Under the pieces are notes generated by a model. The model made no database searches, was not told where the DNA came from, and was given only the letters and a program-made list of their open reading frames with translations. 64,000 nt of DNA, taken from positions 24,180,001-24,244,000 of the forward strand of contig OZ059900.1 in the NCBI GenBank assembly GCA_964057225.1, written 5' to 3'. The stretch is from Auanema rhodensis. Its lineage: Eukaryota > Animalia > Nematoda. Below are positions 40,701 to 56,466 of this stretch, piece by piece. How positions within the stretch are numbered: the first letter of the stretch is position 1; the number at the start of each line of letters is the position of its first letter. A program made the position numbers and the translations under genes.

Positions 40701-43700
40701 AACACAGTATTTCCCATGAGAAATATTTTATTATGCTGGAAAACCAGTTTTTGGAAATTTCGCTGTAAACAAGGTTTTGACTTACGATTTCATGTGTTCA
40801 AACTCATGCAATGTCAATAAAACCTAGCTCAAAATTGTTCGTACAACGTCTAGTTCCACTTTCACGACAAAAAAACAGGGGTTAGAAAATTAAGGAAATT
40901 AGCATATTCTGAGGGCACGCCCTTATGGCTAATATTGATTAAATCGATTTTTGTTCATATGAGTCGTCAAATGCAACGAATTTCAGCGTGTTACATACTA
41001 AAATGAAGCATTTCACATGCTGAACACTAGAAAAATACAAAAACACAGTATTTCCCATGAGAAATATTTTATTATGCTGGAAAACCAGTTTTTGGAAATT
41101 TCGCTGTAAACAAGGTTTTGACTTACGATTTCATGTGTTCAAACTCATGCAATGTCAATGAAACCTAGCTCAAAATTGTTCGTACAACGTCTAGTTCCAC
41201 TTTCACGACAAAAAAACAGGGGTTAGAAAATTAAGGAAATTAGCATATTCTGAGGGCACGCCCCTTATGGCTAATATTGATTAAATCGATTTTTGTTCAT
41301 ATGAGTCGTCAAATGCAATTAATTTCAGCGTGTTACATACTAAAATGAAGCATTTTACATGCTGAACACTAAAAAAATACAAAAACACAGTATTTCCCAT
41401 GAGAAATATTTTATTATGCTGGAAAACGAGTTTTTGGAAATTTCGCTGTAAACAAGGTTTTGACTTACGATTTCATGTGTTCAAACTCATGCAATGTCAA
41501 TGAAACCTAGCTCAAAATTGTTCCTACAACGTCTAGTTCCACTTTCACGACAAAAAAACAGGGGTTAGAAAATTAAGGAAATTAGCATATTCTGAGGGCA
41601 CGCCCTTTATGGCTAATATTGATTAAATCGATTTTTGTTCATATGAGTCGTCAAATGCAACGAATTTCAGCGTGTTACATACTAAAATGAAACATTTTAC
41701 ATGCTGAACACTATAAAAATACAAAAACACAGTATTTCCCATGAGAAATATTTTATTATGCTGGAAAACCAGTTTTTGGAAATTTCGCTGTAAACAAGGT
41801 TTTGACTTACGATTTCATGTGTTCAAACTCATGCAATGTCAATGAAACCTAGCTCAAAATTGTTCGTACAACGTCTAGTTCCACTTTCACGACAAAAAAA
41901 CAGGGGTTAGAAAATTAAGGAAATTAGCATATTCTGAGGGCACGCCCCTTATGGCTAATATTGATTAAATCGATTTTTGTTCATATGAGTCGTCAAATGC
42001 AACGAATTTCAGCGTGTTACATACTAAAATGAAGCATTTTACATGCTGAACACTAGAAAAATACAAAAACACAGTATTTCTCATGAGAAATATTTTATTA
42101 TGCTGGAAAACCAGTTTTTGGAAATTTCGCTGTAAACAAGGTTTTGACTTACGATTTCATGTGTTCAAACTCATGCAATGTCAATAAAACCTAGCTCAAA
42201 ATTGTTCGTACAACGTCTAGTTCCACTTTCACGACAAAAAAACAGGGGTTAGAAAATTAAGGAAATTAGCATATTCTGAGGGCACGCCCCTTATGGCTAA
42301 TATTGATTAAATCGATTTTTGTTCATATGAGTCGTCAAATGCAACGAATTTCAGCGTGTTACATACTAAAATGAAGCATTTTACATGCTGAACACTATAA
42401 AAATACAAAAACACAGTATTTCCCATGAGAAATATTTTATTATGCTGGAAAACCAGTTTTTGGAAATTTCGCTGTAAACAAGGTTTTGACTTACGATTTC
42501 ATGTGTTCAAACTCATGCAATGTCAATGAAACCTAGCTCAAAATTGTTCCTACAACGTCTAGTTCCACTTTCACGACAAAAAACAGGGGTTAGAAAATTA
42601 AGGAAATTAGCATATTCTGAGGGCACGCCCCTTATGGCTAATATTGATTAAATCGATTTTTGTTCATATGAGTCGTCAAATGCAATTAATTTCAGCGTGT
42701 TACATACTAAAATGAAGCATTTTACATGCTGAACACTAAAAAAATACAAAAACACAGTATTTCCCATGAGAAATATTTTATTATGCTGGAAAACGAGTTT
42801 TTGGAAATTTCGCTGTAAACAAGGTTTTGACTTACGATTTCATGTGTTCAAACTCATGCAATGTCAATGAAACCTAGCTCAAAATTGTTCCTACAACGTC
42901 TAGTTCCACTTTCACGACAACAAAACAGGGGTTAGAAAATTAAGGAAATTAGCATATTCTGAGGGCACGCCCCTTATGGCTAATATTGATTAAATCGATT
43001 TTTGTTCATATGAGTCGTCAAATGCAACGAATTTCAGCGTGTTACATACTAAAATGAAGCATTTCACATGCTGAACACTAGAAAAATACAAAAACACAGT
43101 ATTTCCCATGAGAAATATTTTATTATGCTGGAAAACCAGTTTTTGGAAATTTCGCTGTAAACAAGGGTTTGACTTACGATTTCATGTGTTCAAACTCATG
43201 CAATGTCAATGAAACCTAGCTCAAAATTGTTCCTACAACGTCTAGTTCCACTTTCACGACAACAAAACAGGGGTTAGAAAATTAAGGAAATTAGCATATT
43301 CTGAGGGCACGCCCCTTATGGCTAATATTGATTAAATCGATTTTTGTTCATATGAGTCGTCAAATGCAACGAATTTCAGCGTGTTACATACTAAAATGAA
43401 GCATTTCACATGCTGAACACTAGAAAAATACAAAAACACAGTATTTCCCATGAGAAATATTTTATTATGCTGGAAAACCAGTTTTTGGAAATTTCGCTGT
43501 AAACAAGGTTTTGACTTACGATTTCATGTGTTCAAACTCATGCAATGTCAATAAAACCTAGCTCAAAATTGTTCGTACAACGTCTAGTTCCACTTTCACG
43601 ACAAAAAAACAGGGGTTAGAAAATTAAGGAAATTAGCATATTCTGAGGGCACGCCCCTTATGGCTAATATTGATTAAATCGATTTTTGTTCATATGAGTC

Positions 43701-46700
43701 GTCAAATGCAACGAATTTCAGCGTGTTACATACTAAAATGAAGCATTTCACATGCTGAACACTAGAAAAATACAAAAACACAGTATTTCCCATGAGAAAT
43801 ATTTTATTATGCTGGAAAACCAGTTTTTGGAAATTTCGCTGTAAACAAGGTTTTGACTTACGATTTCATGTGTTCAAACTCATGCAATGTCAATGAAACC
43901 TAGCTCAAAATTGTTCGTACAACGTCTAGTTCCACTTTCACGACAAAAAAACAGGGGTTAGAAAATTAAGGAAATTAGCATATTCTGAGGGCACGCCCCT
44001 TATGGCTAATATTGATTAAATCGATTTTTGTTCATATGAGTCGTCAAATGCAATTAATTTCAGCGTGTTACATACTAAAATGAAGCATTTTACATGCTGA
44101 ACACTAAAAAAATACAAAAACACAGTATTTCCCATGAGAAATATTTTATTATGCTGGAAAACGAGTTTTTGGAAATTTCGCTGTAAACAAGGTTTTGACT
44201 TACGATTTCATGTGTTCAAACTCATGCAATGTCAATGAAACCTAGCTCAAAATTGTTCCTACAACGTCTAGTTCCACTTTCACGACAAAAAAACAGGGGT
44301 TAGAAAATTAAGGAAATTAGCATATTCTGAGGGCACGCCCTTTATGGCTAATATTGATTAAATCGATTTTTGTTCATATGAGTCGTCAAATGCAACGAAT
44401 TTCAGCGTGTTACATACTAAAATGAAACATTTTACATGCTGAACACTATAAAAATACAAAAACACAGTATTTCCCATGAGAAATATTTTATTATGCTGGA
44501 AAACCAGTTTTTGGAAATTTCGCTGTAAACAAGGTTTTGACTTACGATTTCATGTGTTCAAACTCATGCAATGTCAATGAAACCTAGCTCAAAATTGTTC
44601 GTACAACGTCTAGTTCCACTTTCACGACAAAAAAACAGGGGTTAGAAAATTAAGGAAATTAGCATATTCTGAGGGCACGCCCCTTATGGCTAATATTGAT
44701 TAAATCGATTTTTGTTCATATGAGTCGTCAAATGCAACGAATTTCAGCGTGTTACATACTAAAATGAAGCATTTCACATGCTGAACACTAGAAAAATACA
44801 AAAACACAGTATTTCCCATGAGAAATATTTTATTATGCTGGAAAACCAGTTTTTTGAAATTTCGCTGTAAACAAGGTTTTGACTTACGATTTCATGTGTT
44901 CAAACTCATGCAATGTCAATGAAACCTAGCTCAAAATTGTTCCTACAACGTCTAGTTCCACTTTCACGACAACAAAACAGGGGTTAGAAAATTAAGGAAA
45001 TTAGCATATTCTGAGGGCACGCCCCTTATGGCTAATATTGATTAAATCGATTTTTGTTCATATGAGTCGTCAAATGCAACGAATTTCAGCGTGTTACATA
45101 CTAAAATGAAGCATTTCACATGCTGAACACTAGAAAAATACAAAAACACAGTATTTCCCATGAGAAATATTTTATTATGCTGGAAAACCAGTTTTTGGAA
45201 ATTTCGCTGTAAACAAGGTTTTGACTTACGATTTCATGTGTTCAAACTCATGCAATGTCAATGAAACCTAGCTCAAAATTGTTCCTACAACGTCTAGTTC
45301 CACTTTCACGACAACAAAACAGGGGTTAGAAAATTAAGGAAATTAGCATATTCTGAGGGCACGCCCCTTATGGCTAATATTGATTAAATCGATTTTTGTT
45401 CATATGAGTCGTCAAATGCAACGAATTTCAGCGTGTTACATACTAAAATGAAGCATTTCACATGCTGAACACTAGAAAAATACAAAAACACAGTATTTCC
45501 CATGAGAAATATTTTATTATGCTGGAAAACCAGTTTTTGGAAATTTCGCTGTAAACAAGGTTTTGACTTACGATTTCATGTGTTCAAACTCATGCAATGT
45601 CAATGAAACCTAGCTCAAAATTGTTCCTACAACGTCTAGTTCCACTTTCACGACAACAAAACAGGGGTTAAAAAATTAAGGAAATTAGCATATTCTGAGG
45701 GCACGCCCCTTATGGCTAATATTGATTAAATCGATTTTTGTTCATATGAGTCGTCAAATGCAACGAATTTCAGCGTGTTACATACTAAAATGAAGCATTT
45801 CACATGCTGAACACTAGAAAAATACAAAAACACAGTATTTCCCATGAGAAATATTTTATTATGTTGGAAAACCAGTTTTTGGAAATTTCGCTGTAAACAA
45901 GGTTTTGACTTACGATTTCATGTGTTCAAACTCATGCAATGTCAATAAAACCTAGCTCAAAATTGTTCGTACAACGTCTAGTTCCACTTTCACGACAAAA
46001 AAACAGGGGTTAGAAAATTAAGGAAATTAGCATATTCTGAGGGCACGCCCCTTATGGCTAATATTGATTAAATCGATTTTTGTTCATATGAGTCGTCAAA
46101 TGCAACGAATTTCAGCGTGTTACATACTAAAATGAAGCATTTCACATGCTGAACACTAGAAAAATACAAAAACACAGTATTTCCCATGAGAAATATTTTA
46201 TTATGCTGGAAAACCAGTTTTTGGAAATTTCGCTGTAAACAAGGTTTTGACTTACGATTTCATGTGTTCAAACTCATGCAATGTCAATGAAACCTAGCTC
46301 AAAATTGTTCGTACAACGTCTAGTTCCACTTTCACGACAAAAAAACAGGGGTTAGAAAATTAAGGAAATTAGCATATTCTGAGGGCACGCCCCTTATGGC
46401 TAATATTGATTAAATCGATTTTTGTTCATATGAGTCGTCAAATGCAATTAATTTCAGCGTGTTACATACTAAAATGAAGCATTTTACATGCTGAACACTA
46501 AAAAAATACAAAAACACAGTATTTCCCATGAGAAATATTTTATTATGCTGGAAAACGAGTTTTTGGAAATTTCGCTGTAAACAAGGTTTTGACTTACGAT
46601 TTCATGTGTTCAAACTCATGCAATGTCAATGAAACCTAGCTCAAAATTGTTCCTACAACGTCTAGTTCCACTTTCACGACAAAAAAACAGGGGTTAGAAA

Positions 46701-49700
46701 ATTAAGGAAATTAGCATATTCTGAGGGCACGCCCTTTATGGCTAATATTGATTAAATCGATTTTTGTTCATATGAGTCGTCAAATGCAACGAATTTCAGC
46801 GTGTTACATACTAAAATGAAACATTTTACATGCTGAACACTATAAAAATACAAAAACACAGTATTTCCCATGAGAAATATTTTATTATGCTGGAAAACCA
46901 GTTTTTGGAAATTTCGCTGTAAACAAGGTTTTGACTTACGATTTCATGTGTTCAAACTCATGCAATGTCAATGAAACCTAGCTCAAAATTGTTCGTACAA
47001 CGTCTAGTTCCACTTTCACGACAAAAAAACAGGGGTTAGAAAATTAAGGAAATTAGCATATTCTGAGGGCACGCCCCTTATGGCTAATATTGATTAAATC
47101 GATTTTTGTTCATATGAGTCGTCAAATGCAACGAATTTCAGCGTGTTACATACTAAAATGAAGCATTTCACATGCTGAACACTAGAAAAATACAAAAACA
47201 CAGTATTTCCCATGAGAAATATTTTATTATGCTGGAAAACCAGTTTTTGGAAATTTCGCTGTAAACAAGGTTTTGACTTACGATTTCATGTGTTCAAACT
47301 CATGCAATGTCAATGAAACCTAGCTCAAAATTGTTCGTACAACGTCTAGTTCCACTTTCACGACAAAAAAACAGGGGTTAGAAAATTAAGGAAATTAGCA
47401 TATTCTGAGGGCACGCCCCTTATGGCTAATATTGATTAAATCGATTTTTGTTCATATGAGTCGTCAAATGCAATTAATTTCAGCGTGTTACATACTAAAA
47501 TGAAGCATTTTACATGCTGAACACTAAAAAACTACAAAAACACAGTATTTCCCATGAGAAATATTTTATTATGCTGGAAAACGAGTTTTTGGAAATTTCG
47601 CTGTAAACAAGGTTTTGACTTACGATTTCATGTGTTCAAACTCATGCAATGTCAATGAAACCTAGCTCAAAATTGTTCCTACAACGTCTAGTTCCACTTT
47701 CACGACAAAAAAACAGGGGTTAGAAAATTAAGGAAATTAGCATATTCTGAGGGCACGCCCCTTATGGCTAATATTGATTAAATCGATTTTTGTTCATATG
47801 AGTCGTCAAATGCAACGAATTTCAGCGTGTTACATACTAAAATGAAGCATTTCACATGCTGAACACTAGAAAAATACAAAAACACAGTATTTCCCATGAG
47901 AAATATTTTATTATGCTGGAAAACCAGTTTTTGGAAATTTCGCTGTAAACAAGGTTTTGACTTACGATTTCATGTGTTCAAACTCATGCAATGTCAATAA
48001 AACCTAGCTCAAAATTGTTCGTACAACGTCTAGTTCCACTTTCACGACAAAAAAACAGGGGTTAGAAAATTAAGGAAATTAGCATATTCTGAGGGCACGC
48101 CCCTTATGGCTAATATTGATTAAATCGATTTTTGTTCATATGAGTCGTCAAATGCAACGAATTTCAGCGTGTTACATACTAAAATGAAGCATTTCACATG
48201 CTGAACACTAGAAAAATACAAAAACACAGTATTTCCCATGAGAAATATTTTATTATGCTGGAAAACCAGTTTTTTGAAATTTCGCTGTAAACAAGGTTTT
48301 GACTTACGATTTCATGTGTTCAAACTCATGCAATGTCAATGAAACCTAGCTCAAAATTGTTCGTACAACGTCTAGTTCCACTTTCACGACAAAAAAACAG
48401 GGGTTAGAAAATTAAGGAAATTAGCATATTCTGAGGGCACGCCCCTTATGGCTAATATTGATTAAATCGATTTTTGTTCATATGAGTCGTCAAATGCAAT
48501 TAATTTCAGCGTGTTACATACTAAAATGAAGCATTTTACATGCTGAACACTAAAAAAATACAAAAACACAGTATTTCCCATGAGAAATATTTTATTATGC
48601 TGGAAAACGAGTTTTTGGAAATTTCGCTGTAAACAAGGTTTTGACTTACGATTTCATGTGTTCAAACTCATGCAATGTCAATGAAACCTAGCTCAAAATT
48701 GTTCCTACAACGTCTAGTTCCACTTTCACGACAAAAAAACAGGGGTTAGAAAATTAAGGAAATTAGCATATTCTGAGGGCACGCCCTTTATGGCTAATAT
48801 TGATTAAATCGATTTTTGTTCATATGAGTCGTCAAATGCAACGAATTTCAGCGTGTTACATACTAAAATGAAACATTTTACATGCTGAACACTATAAAAA
48901 TACAAAAACACAGTATTTCCCATGAGAAATATTTTATTATGCTGGAAAACCAGTTTTTGGAAATTTCGCTGTAAACAAGGTTTTGACTTACGATTTCATG
49001 TGTTCAAACTCATGCAATGTCAATGAAACCTAGCTCAAAATTGTTCGTACAACGTCTAGTTCCACTTTCACGACAAAAAAACAGGGGTTAGAAAATTAAG
49101 GAAATTAGCATATTCTGAGGGCACGCCCCTTATGGCTAATATTGATTAAATCGATTTTTGTTCATATGAGTCGTCAAATGCAACGAATTTCAGCGTGTTA
49201 CATACTAAAATGAAGCATTTTACATGCTGAACACTAGAAAAATACAAAAACACAGTATTTCTCATGAGAAATATTTTATTATGCTGGAAAACCAGTTTTT
49301 GGAAATTTCGCTGTAAACAAGGTTTTGACTTACGATTTCATGTGTTCAAACTCATGCAATGTCAATAAAACCTAGCTCAAAATTGTTCGTACAACGTCTA
49401 GTTCCACTTTCACGACAAAAAAACAGGGGTTAGAAAATTAAGGAAATTAGCATATTCTGAGGGCACGCCCCTTATGGCTAATATTGATTAAATCGATTTT
49501 TGTTCATATGAGTCGTCAAATGCAACGAATTTCAGCGTGTTACATACTAAAATGAAGCATTTTACATGCTGAACACTATAAAAATACAAAAACACAGTAT
49601 TTCCCATGAGAAATATTTTATTATGCTGGAAAACCAGTTTTTGGAAATTTCGCTGTAAACAAGGTTTTGACTTACGATTTCATGTGTTCAAACTCATGCA

Positions 49701-52700
49701 ATGTCAATGAAACCTAGCTCAAAATTGTTCCTACAACGTCTAGTTCCACTTTCACGACAAAAAACAGGGGTTAGAAAATTAAGGAAATTAGCATATTCTG
49801 AGGGCACGCCCCTTATGGCTAATATTGATTATATCGATTTTTGTTCATATGAGTCGTCAAATGCAACGAATTTCAGCGTGTTACATACTAAAATGAAGCA
49901 TTTTACATGCTGAACACTAGAAAAATACAAAAACACAGTATTTCTCATGAGAAATATTTTATTATGCTGGAAAACCAGTTTTCGGAAATTTCGCTGTAAA
50001 CAAGGTTTTGACTTACGATTTCATGTGTTCAAACTCATGCAATGTCAATAAAACCTAGCTCAAAATTGTTCGTACAACGTCTAGTTCCACTTTCACGACA
50101 AAAAACAGGGGTTAGAAAATTAAGGAAATTAGCATATTCTGAGGGCACGCCCCTTATGGCTAATATTGATTAAATCGATTTTTGTTCATATGAGTCGTCA
50201 AATGCAACGAATTTCAGCGTGTTACATACTAAAATGAAGCATTTTACATGCTGAACACTAGAAAAATACAAAAACACAGTATTTCTCATGAGAAATATTT
50301 TATTATGCTGGAAAACCAGTTTTTGGAAATTTCGCTGTAAACAAGGTTTTGACTTACGATTTCATGTGTTCAAACTCATGCAATGTCAATAAAACCTAGC
50401 TCAAAATTGTTCGTACAACGTCTAGTTCCACTTTCACGACAAAAAAACAGGGGTTAGAAAATTAAGGAAATTAGCATATTCTGAGGGCACGCCCCTTATG
50501 GCTAATATTGATTAAATCGATTTTTGTTCATATGAGTCGTCAAATGCAACGAATTTCAGCGTGTTACATACTAAAATGAAGCATTTTACATGCTGAACAC
50601 TAGAAAAATACAAAAACACAGTATTTCCCATGAGAAATATTTTATTATGCTGGAAAACCAGTTTTTGGAAATTTCGCTGTAAACAAGGTTTTGACTTACG
50701 ATTTCATGTGTTCAAACTCATGCAATGTCAATGAAACCTAGCTCAAAATTGTTCCTACAACGTCTAGTTCCACTTTCACGACAACAAAACAGGGGTTAGA
50801 AAATTAAGGAAATTAGCATATTCTGAGGGCACGCCCCTTATGGCTAATATTGATTAAATCGATTTTTGTTCATATGAGTCGTCAAATGCAACGAATTTCA
50901 GCGTGTTACATACTAAAATGAAGCATTTTACATGCTGAACACTATAAAAATACAAAAACACAGTATTTCCCATGAGAAATATTTTATTATGCTGGAAAAC
51001 CAGTTTTTGGAAATTTCGCTGTAAACAAGGTTTTGACTTACGATTTCATGTGTTCAAACTCATGCAATGTCAATGAAACCTAGCTCAAAATTGTTCCTAC
51101 AACGTCTAGTTCCACTTTCACGACAAAAAACAGGGGTTAGAAAATTAAGGAAATTAGCATATTCTGAGGGCACGCCCCTTATGGCTAATATTGATTAAAT
51201 CGATTTTTGTTCATATGAGTCGTCAAATGCAATTAATTTCAGCGTGTTACATACTAAAATGAAGCATTTTACATGCTGAACACTAAAAAAATACAAAAAC
51301 ACAGTATTTCCCATGAGAAATATTTTATTATGCTGGAAAACGAGTTTTTGGAAATTTCGCTGTAAACAAGGTTTTGACTTACGATTTCATGTGTTCAAAC
51401 TCATGCAATGTCAATGAAACCTAGCTCAAAATTGTTCCTACAACGTCTAGTTCCACTTTCACGACAACAAAACAGGGGTTAGAAAATTAAGGAAATTAGC
51501 ATATTCTGAGGGCACGCCCCTTATGGCTAATATTGATTAAATCGATTTTTGTTCATATGAGTCGTCAAATGCAACGAATTTCAGCGTGTTACATACTAAA
51601 ATGAAGCATTTCACATGCTGAACACTAGAAAAATACAAAAACACAGTATTTCCCATGAGAAATATTTTATTATGCTGGAAAACCAGTTTTTGGAAATTTC
51701 GCTGTAAACAAGGTTTTGACTTACGATTTCATGTGTTCAAACTCATGCAATGTCAATGAAACCTAGCTCAAAATTGTTCCTACAACGTCTAGTTCCACTT
51801 TCACGACAACAAAACAGGGGTTAGAAAATTAAGGAAATTAGCATATTCTGAGGGCACGCCCCTTATGGCTAATATTGATTAAATCGATTTTTGTTCATAT
51901 GAGTCGTCAAATGCAACGAATTTCAGCGTGTTACATACCAAAATGAAGCATTTCACATGCTGAACACTAGAAAAATACAAAAACACAGTATTTCCCATGA
52001 GAAATATTTTATTATGCTGGAAAACCAGTTTTTGGAAATTTCGCTGTAAACAAGGTTTTGACTTACGATTTCATGTGTTCAAACTCATGCAATGTCAATA
52101 AAACCTAGCTCAAAATTGTTCGTACAACGTCTAGTTCCACTTTCACGACAAAAAAACAGGGGTTAGAAAATTAAGGAAATTAGCATATTCTGAGGGCACG
52201 CCCCTTATGGCTAATATTGATTAAATCGATTTTTGTTCATATGAGTCGTCAAATGCAACGAATTTCAGCGTGTTACATACTAAAATGAAGCATTTCACAT
52301 GCTGAACACTAGAAAAATACAAAAACACAGTATTTCCCATGAGAAATATTTTATTATGCTGGAAAACCAGTTTTTGGAAATTTCGCTGTAAACAAGGTTT
52401 TGACTTACGATTTCATGTGTTCAAACTCATGCAATGTCAATGAAACCTAGCTCAAAATTGTTCGTACAACGTCTAGTTCCACTTTCACGACAAAAAAACA
52501 GGGGTTAGAAAATTAAGGAAATTAGCATATTCTGAGGGCACGCCCCTTATGGCTAATATTGATTAAATCGATTTTTGTTCATATGAGTCGTCAAATGCAA
52601 TTAATTTCAGCGTGTTACATACTAAAATGAAGCATTTTACATGCTGAACACTAAAAAAATACAAAAACACAGTATTTCCCATGAGAAATATTTTATTATG

Positions 52701-55700
52701 CTGGAAAACGAGTTTTTGGAAATTTCGCTGTAAACAAGGTTTTGACTTACGATTTCATGTGTTCAAACTCATGCAATGTCAATGAAACCTAGCTCAAAAT
52801 TGTTCCTACAACGTCTAGTTCCACTTTCACGACAAAAAAACAGGGGTTAGAAAATTAAGGAAATTAGCATATTCTGAGGGCACGCCCTTTATGGCTAATA
52901 TTGATTAAATCGATTTTTGTTCATATGAGTCGTCAAATGCAACGAATTTCAGCGTGTTACATACTAAAATGAAACATTTTACATGCTGAACACTATAAAA
53001 ATACAAAAACACAGTATTTCCCATGAGAAATATTTTATTATGCTGGAAAACCAGTTTTTGGAAATTTCGCTGTAAACAAGGTTTTGACTTACGATTTCAT
53101 GTGTTCAAACTCATGCAATGTCAATGAAACCTAGCTCAAAATTGTTCGTACAACGTCTAGTTCCACTTTCACGACAAAAAAACAGGGGTTAGAAAATTAA
53201 GGAAATTAGCATATTCTGAGGGCACGCCCCTTATGGCTAATATTGATTAAATCGATTTTTGTTCATATGAGTCGTCAAATGCAACGAATTTCAGCGTGTT
53301 ACATACTAAAATGAAGCATTTCACATGCTGAACACTAGAAAAATACAAAAACACAGTATTTCCCATGAGAAATATTTTATTATGCTGGAAAACCAGTTTT
53401 TGGAAATTTCGCTGTAAACAAGGTTTTGACTTACGATTTCATGTGTTCAAACTCATGCAATGTCAATGAAACTTAGCTCAAAATTGTTCGTACAACGTCT
53501 AGTTCCACTTTCACGACAAAAAAACAGGGGTTAGAAAATTAAGGAAATTAGCATATTCTGAGGGCACGCCCCTTATGGCTAATATTGATTAAATCGATTT
53601 TTGTTCATATGAGTCGTCAAATGCAATTAATTTCAGCGTGTTACATACTAAAATGAAGCATTTTACATGCTGAACACTAAAAAACTACAAAAACACAGTA
53701 TTTCCCATGAGAAATATTTTATTATGCTGGAAAACGAGTTTTTGGAAATTTCGCTGTAAACAAGGTTTTGACTTACGATTTCATGTGTTCAAACTCATGC
53801 AATGTCAATGAAACCTAGCTCAAAATTGTTCCTACAACGTCTAGTTCCACTTTCACGACAAAAAAACAGGGGTTAGAAAATTAAGGAAATTAGCATATTC
53901 TGAGGGCACGCCCCTTATGGCTAATATTGATTAAATCGATTTTTGTTCATATGAGTCGTCAAATGCAACGAATTTCAGCGTGTTACATACTAAAATGAAG
54001 CATTTCACATGCTGAACACTAGAAAAATACAAAAACACAGTATTTCCCATGAGAAATATTTTATTATGCTGGAAAACCAGTTTTTGGAAATTTCGCTGTA
54101 AACAAGGTTTTGACTTACGATTTCATGTGTTCAAACTCATGCAATGTCAATAAAACCTAGCTCAAAATTGTTCGTACAACGTCTAGTTCCACTTTCACGA
54201 CAAAAAAACAGGGGTTAGAAAATTAAGGAAATTAGCATATTCTGAGGGCACGCCCCTTATGGCTAATATTGATTAAATCGATTTTTGTTCATATGAGTCG
54301 TCAAATGCAACGAATTTCAGCGTGTTACATACTAAAATGAAGCATTTCACATGCTGAACACTAGAAAAATACAAAAACACAGTATTTCCCATGAGAAATA
54401 TTTTATTATGCTGGAAAACCAGTTTTTGGAAATTTCGCTGTAAACAAGGTTTTGACTTACGATTTCATGTGTTCAAACTCATGCAATGTCAATGAAACCT
54501 AGCTCAAAATTGTTCGTACAACGTCTAGTTCCACTTTCACGACAAAAAAACAGGGGTTAGAAAATTAAGGAAATTAGCATATTCTGAGGGCACGCCCCTT
54601 ATGGCTAATATTGATTAAATCGATTTTTGTTCATATGAGTCGTCAAATGCAATTAATTTCAGCGTGTTACATACTAAAATGAAGCATTTTACATGCTGAA
54701 CACTAAAAAAATATAAAAACACAGTATTTCCCATGAGAAATATTTTATTATGCTGGAAAACGAGTTTTTGGAAATTTCGCTGTAAACAAGGTTTTGACTT
54801 ACGATTTCATGTGTTCAAACTCATGCAATGTCAATGAAACCTAGCTCAAAATTGTTCCTACAACGTCTAGTTCCACTTTCACGACAAAAAAACAGGGGTT
54901 AGAAAATTAAGGAAATTAGCATATTCTGAGGGCACGCCCTTTATGGCTAATATTGATTAAATCGATTTTTGTTCATATGAGTCGTCAAATGCAACGAATT
55001 TCAGCGTGTTACATACTAAAATGAAACATTTTACATGCTGAACACTATAAAAATACAAAAACACAGTATTTCCCATGAGAAATATTTTATTATGCTGGAA
55101 AACCAGTTTTTGGAAATTTCGCTGTAAACAAGGTTTTGACTTACGATTTCATGTGTTCAAACTCATGCAATGTCAATAAAACCTAGCTCAAAATTGTTCG
55201 TACAACGTCTAGTTCCACTTTCACGACAAAAAACAGGGGTTAGAAAATTAAGGAAATTAGCATATTCTGAGGGCACGCCCCTTATGGCTAATATTGATTA
55301 AATCGATTTTTGTTCATATGAGTCGTCAAATGCAACGAATTTCAGCGTGTTACATACTAAAATGAAGCATTTTACATGCTGAACACTAGAAAAATACAAA
55401 AACACAGTATTTCTCATGAGAAATATTTTATTATGCTGGAAAACCAGTTTTTGGAAATTTCGCTGTAAACAAGGTTTTGACTTACGATTTCATGTGTTCA
55501 AACTCATGCAATGTCAATAAAACCTAGCTCAAAATTGTTCGTACAACGTCTAGTTCCACTTTCACGACAAAAAAACAGGGGTTAGAAAATTAAGGAAATT
55601 AGCATATTCTGAGGGCACGCCCCTTATGGCTAATATTGATTAAATCGATTTTTGTTCATATGAGTCGTCAAATGCAACGAATTTCAGCGTGTTACATACT

Positions 55701-56466
55701 AAAATGAAGCATTTTACATGCTGAACACTATAAAAATACAAAAACACAGTATTTCCCATGAGAAATATTTTATTATGCTGGAAAACCAGTTTTTGGAAAT
55801 TTCGCTGTAAACAAGGTTTTGACTTACGATTTCATGTGTTCAAACTCATGCAATGTCAATGAAACCTAGCTCAAAATTGTTCCTACAACGTCTAGTTCCA
55901 CTTTCACGACAAAAAACAGGGGTTAGAAAATTAAGGAAATTAGCATATTCTGAGGGCACGCCCCTTATGGCTAATATTGATTAAATCGATTTTTGTTCAT
56001 ATGAGTCGTCAAATGCAACGAATTTCAGCGTGTTACATACTAAAATGAAGCATTTTACATGCTGAACACTAGAAAAATACAAAAACACAGTATTTCTCAT
56101 GAGAAATATTTTATTATGCTGGAAAACCAGTTTTTGGAAATTTCGCTGTAAACAAGGTTTTGACTTACGATTTCATGTGTTCAAACTCATGCAATGTCAA
56201 TAAAACCTAGCTCAAAATTGTTCGTACAACGTCTAGTTCCACTTTCACGACAAAAAACAGGGGTTAGAAAATTAAGGAAATTAGCATATTCTGAGGGCAC
56301 GCCCCTTATGGCTAATATTGATTAAATCGATTTTTGTTCATATGAGTCGTCAAATGCAACGAATTTCAGCGTGTTACATACTAAAATGAAGCATTTTACA
56401 TGCTGAACACTAGAAAAATACAAAAACACAGTATTTCCCATGAGAAATATTTTATTATGCTGGAAA
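25981..56466 (+). repeat. Forward domain 2, built on a variable 8-mer HOR (about 2,735 bp)
   Basis: Diagnostic variants are G10A/T, C66G, G140A, G162C, A192C, an A7-to-A6 run, C244T, CG299-300TT, G330A and T336C. The monomer order recurs at 29059 to 31794 and 32820 to 35555 (2,735 bp). Confidence 0.9.

Noticed and set aside
49701-49913. 70-aa plus-strand ORF
   Set aside because: It is open only because of the A6 frameshift plus a singleton TAA-to-TAT change at 49832. Other monomers have stops.
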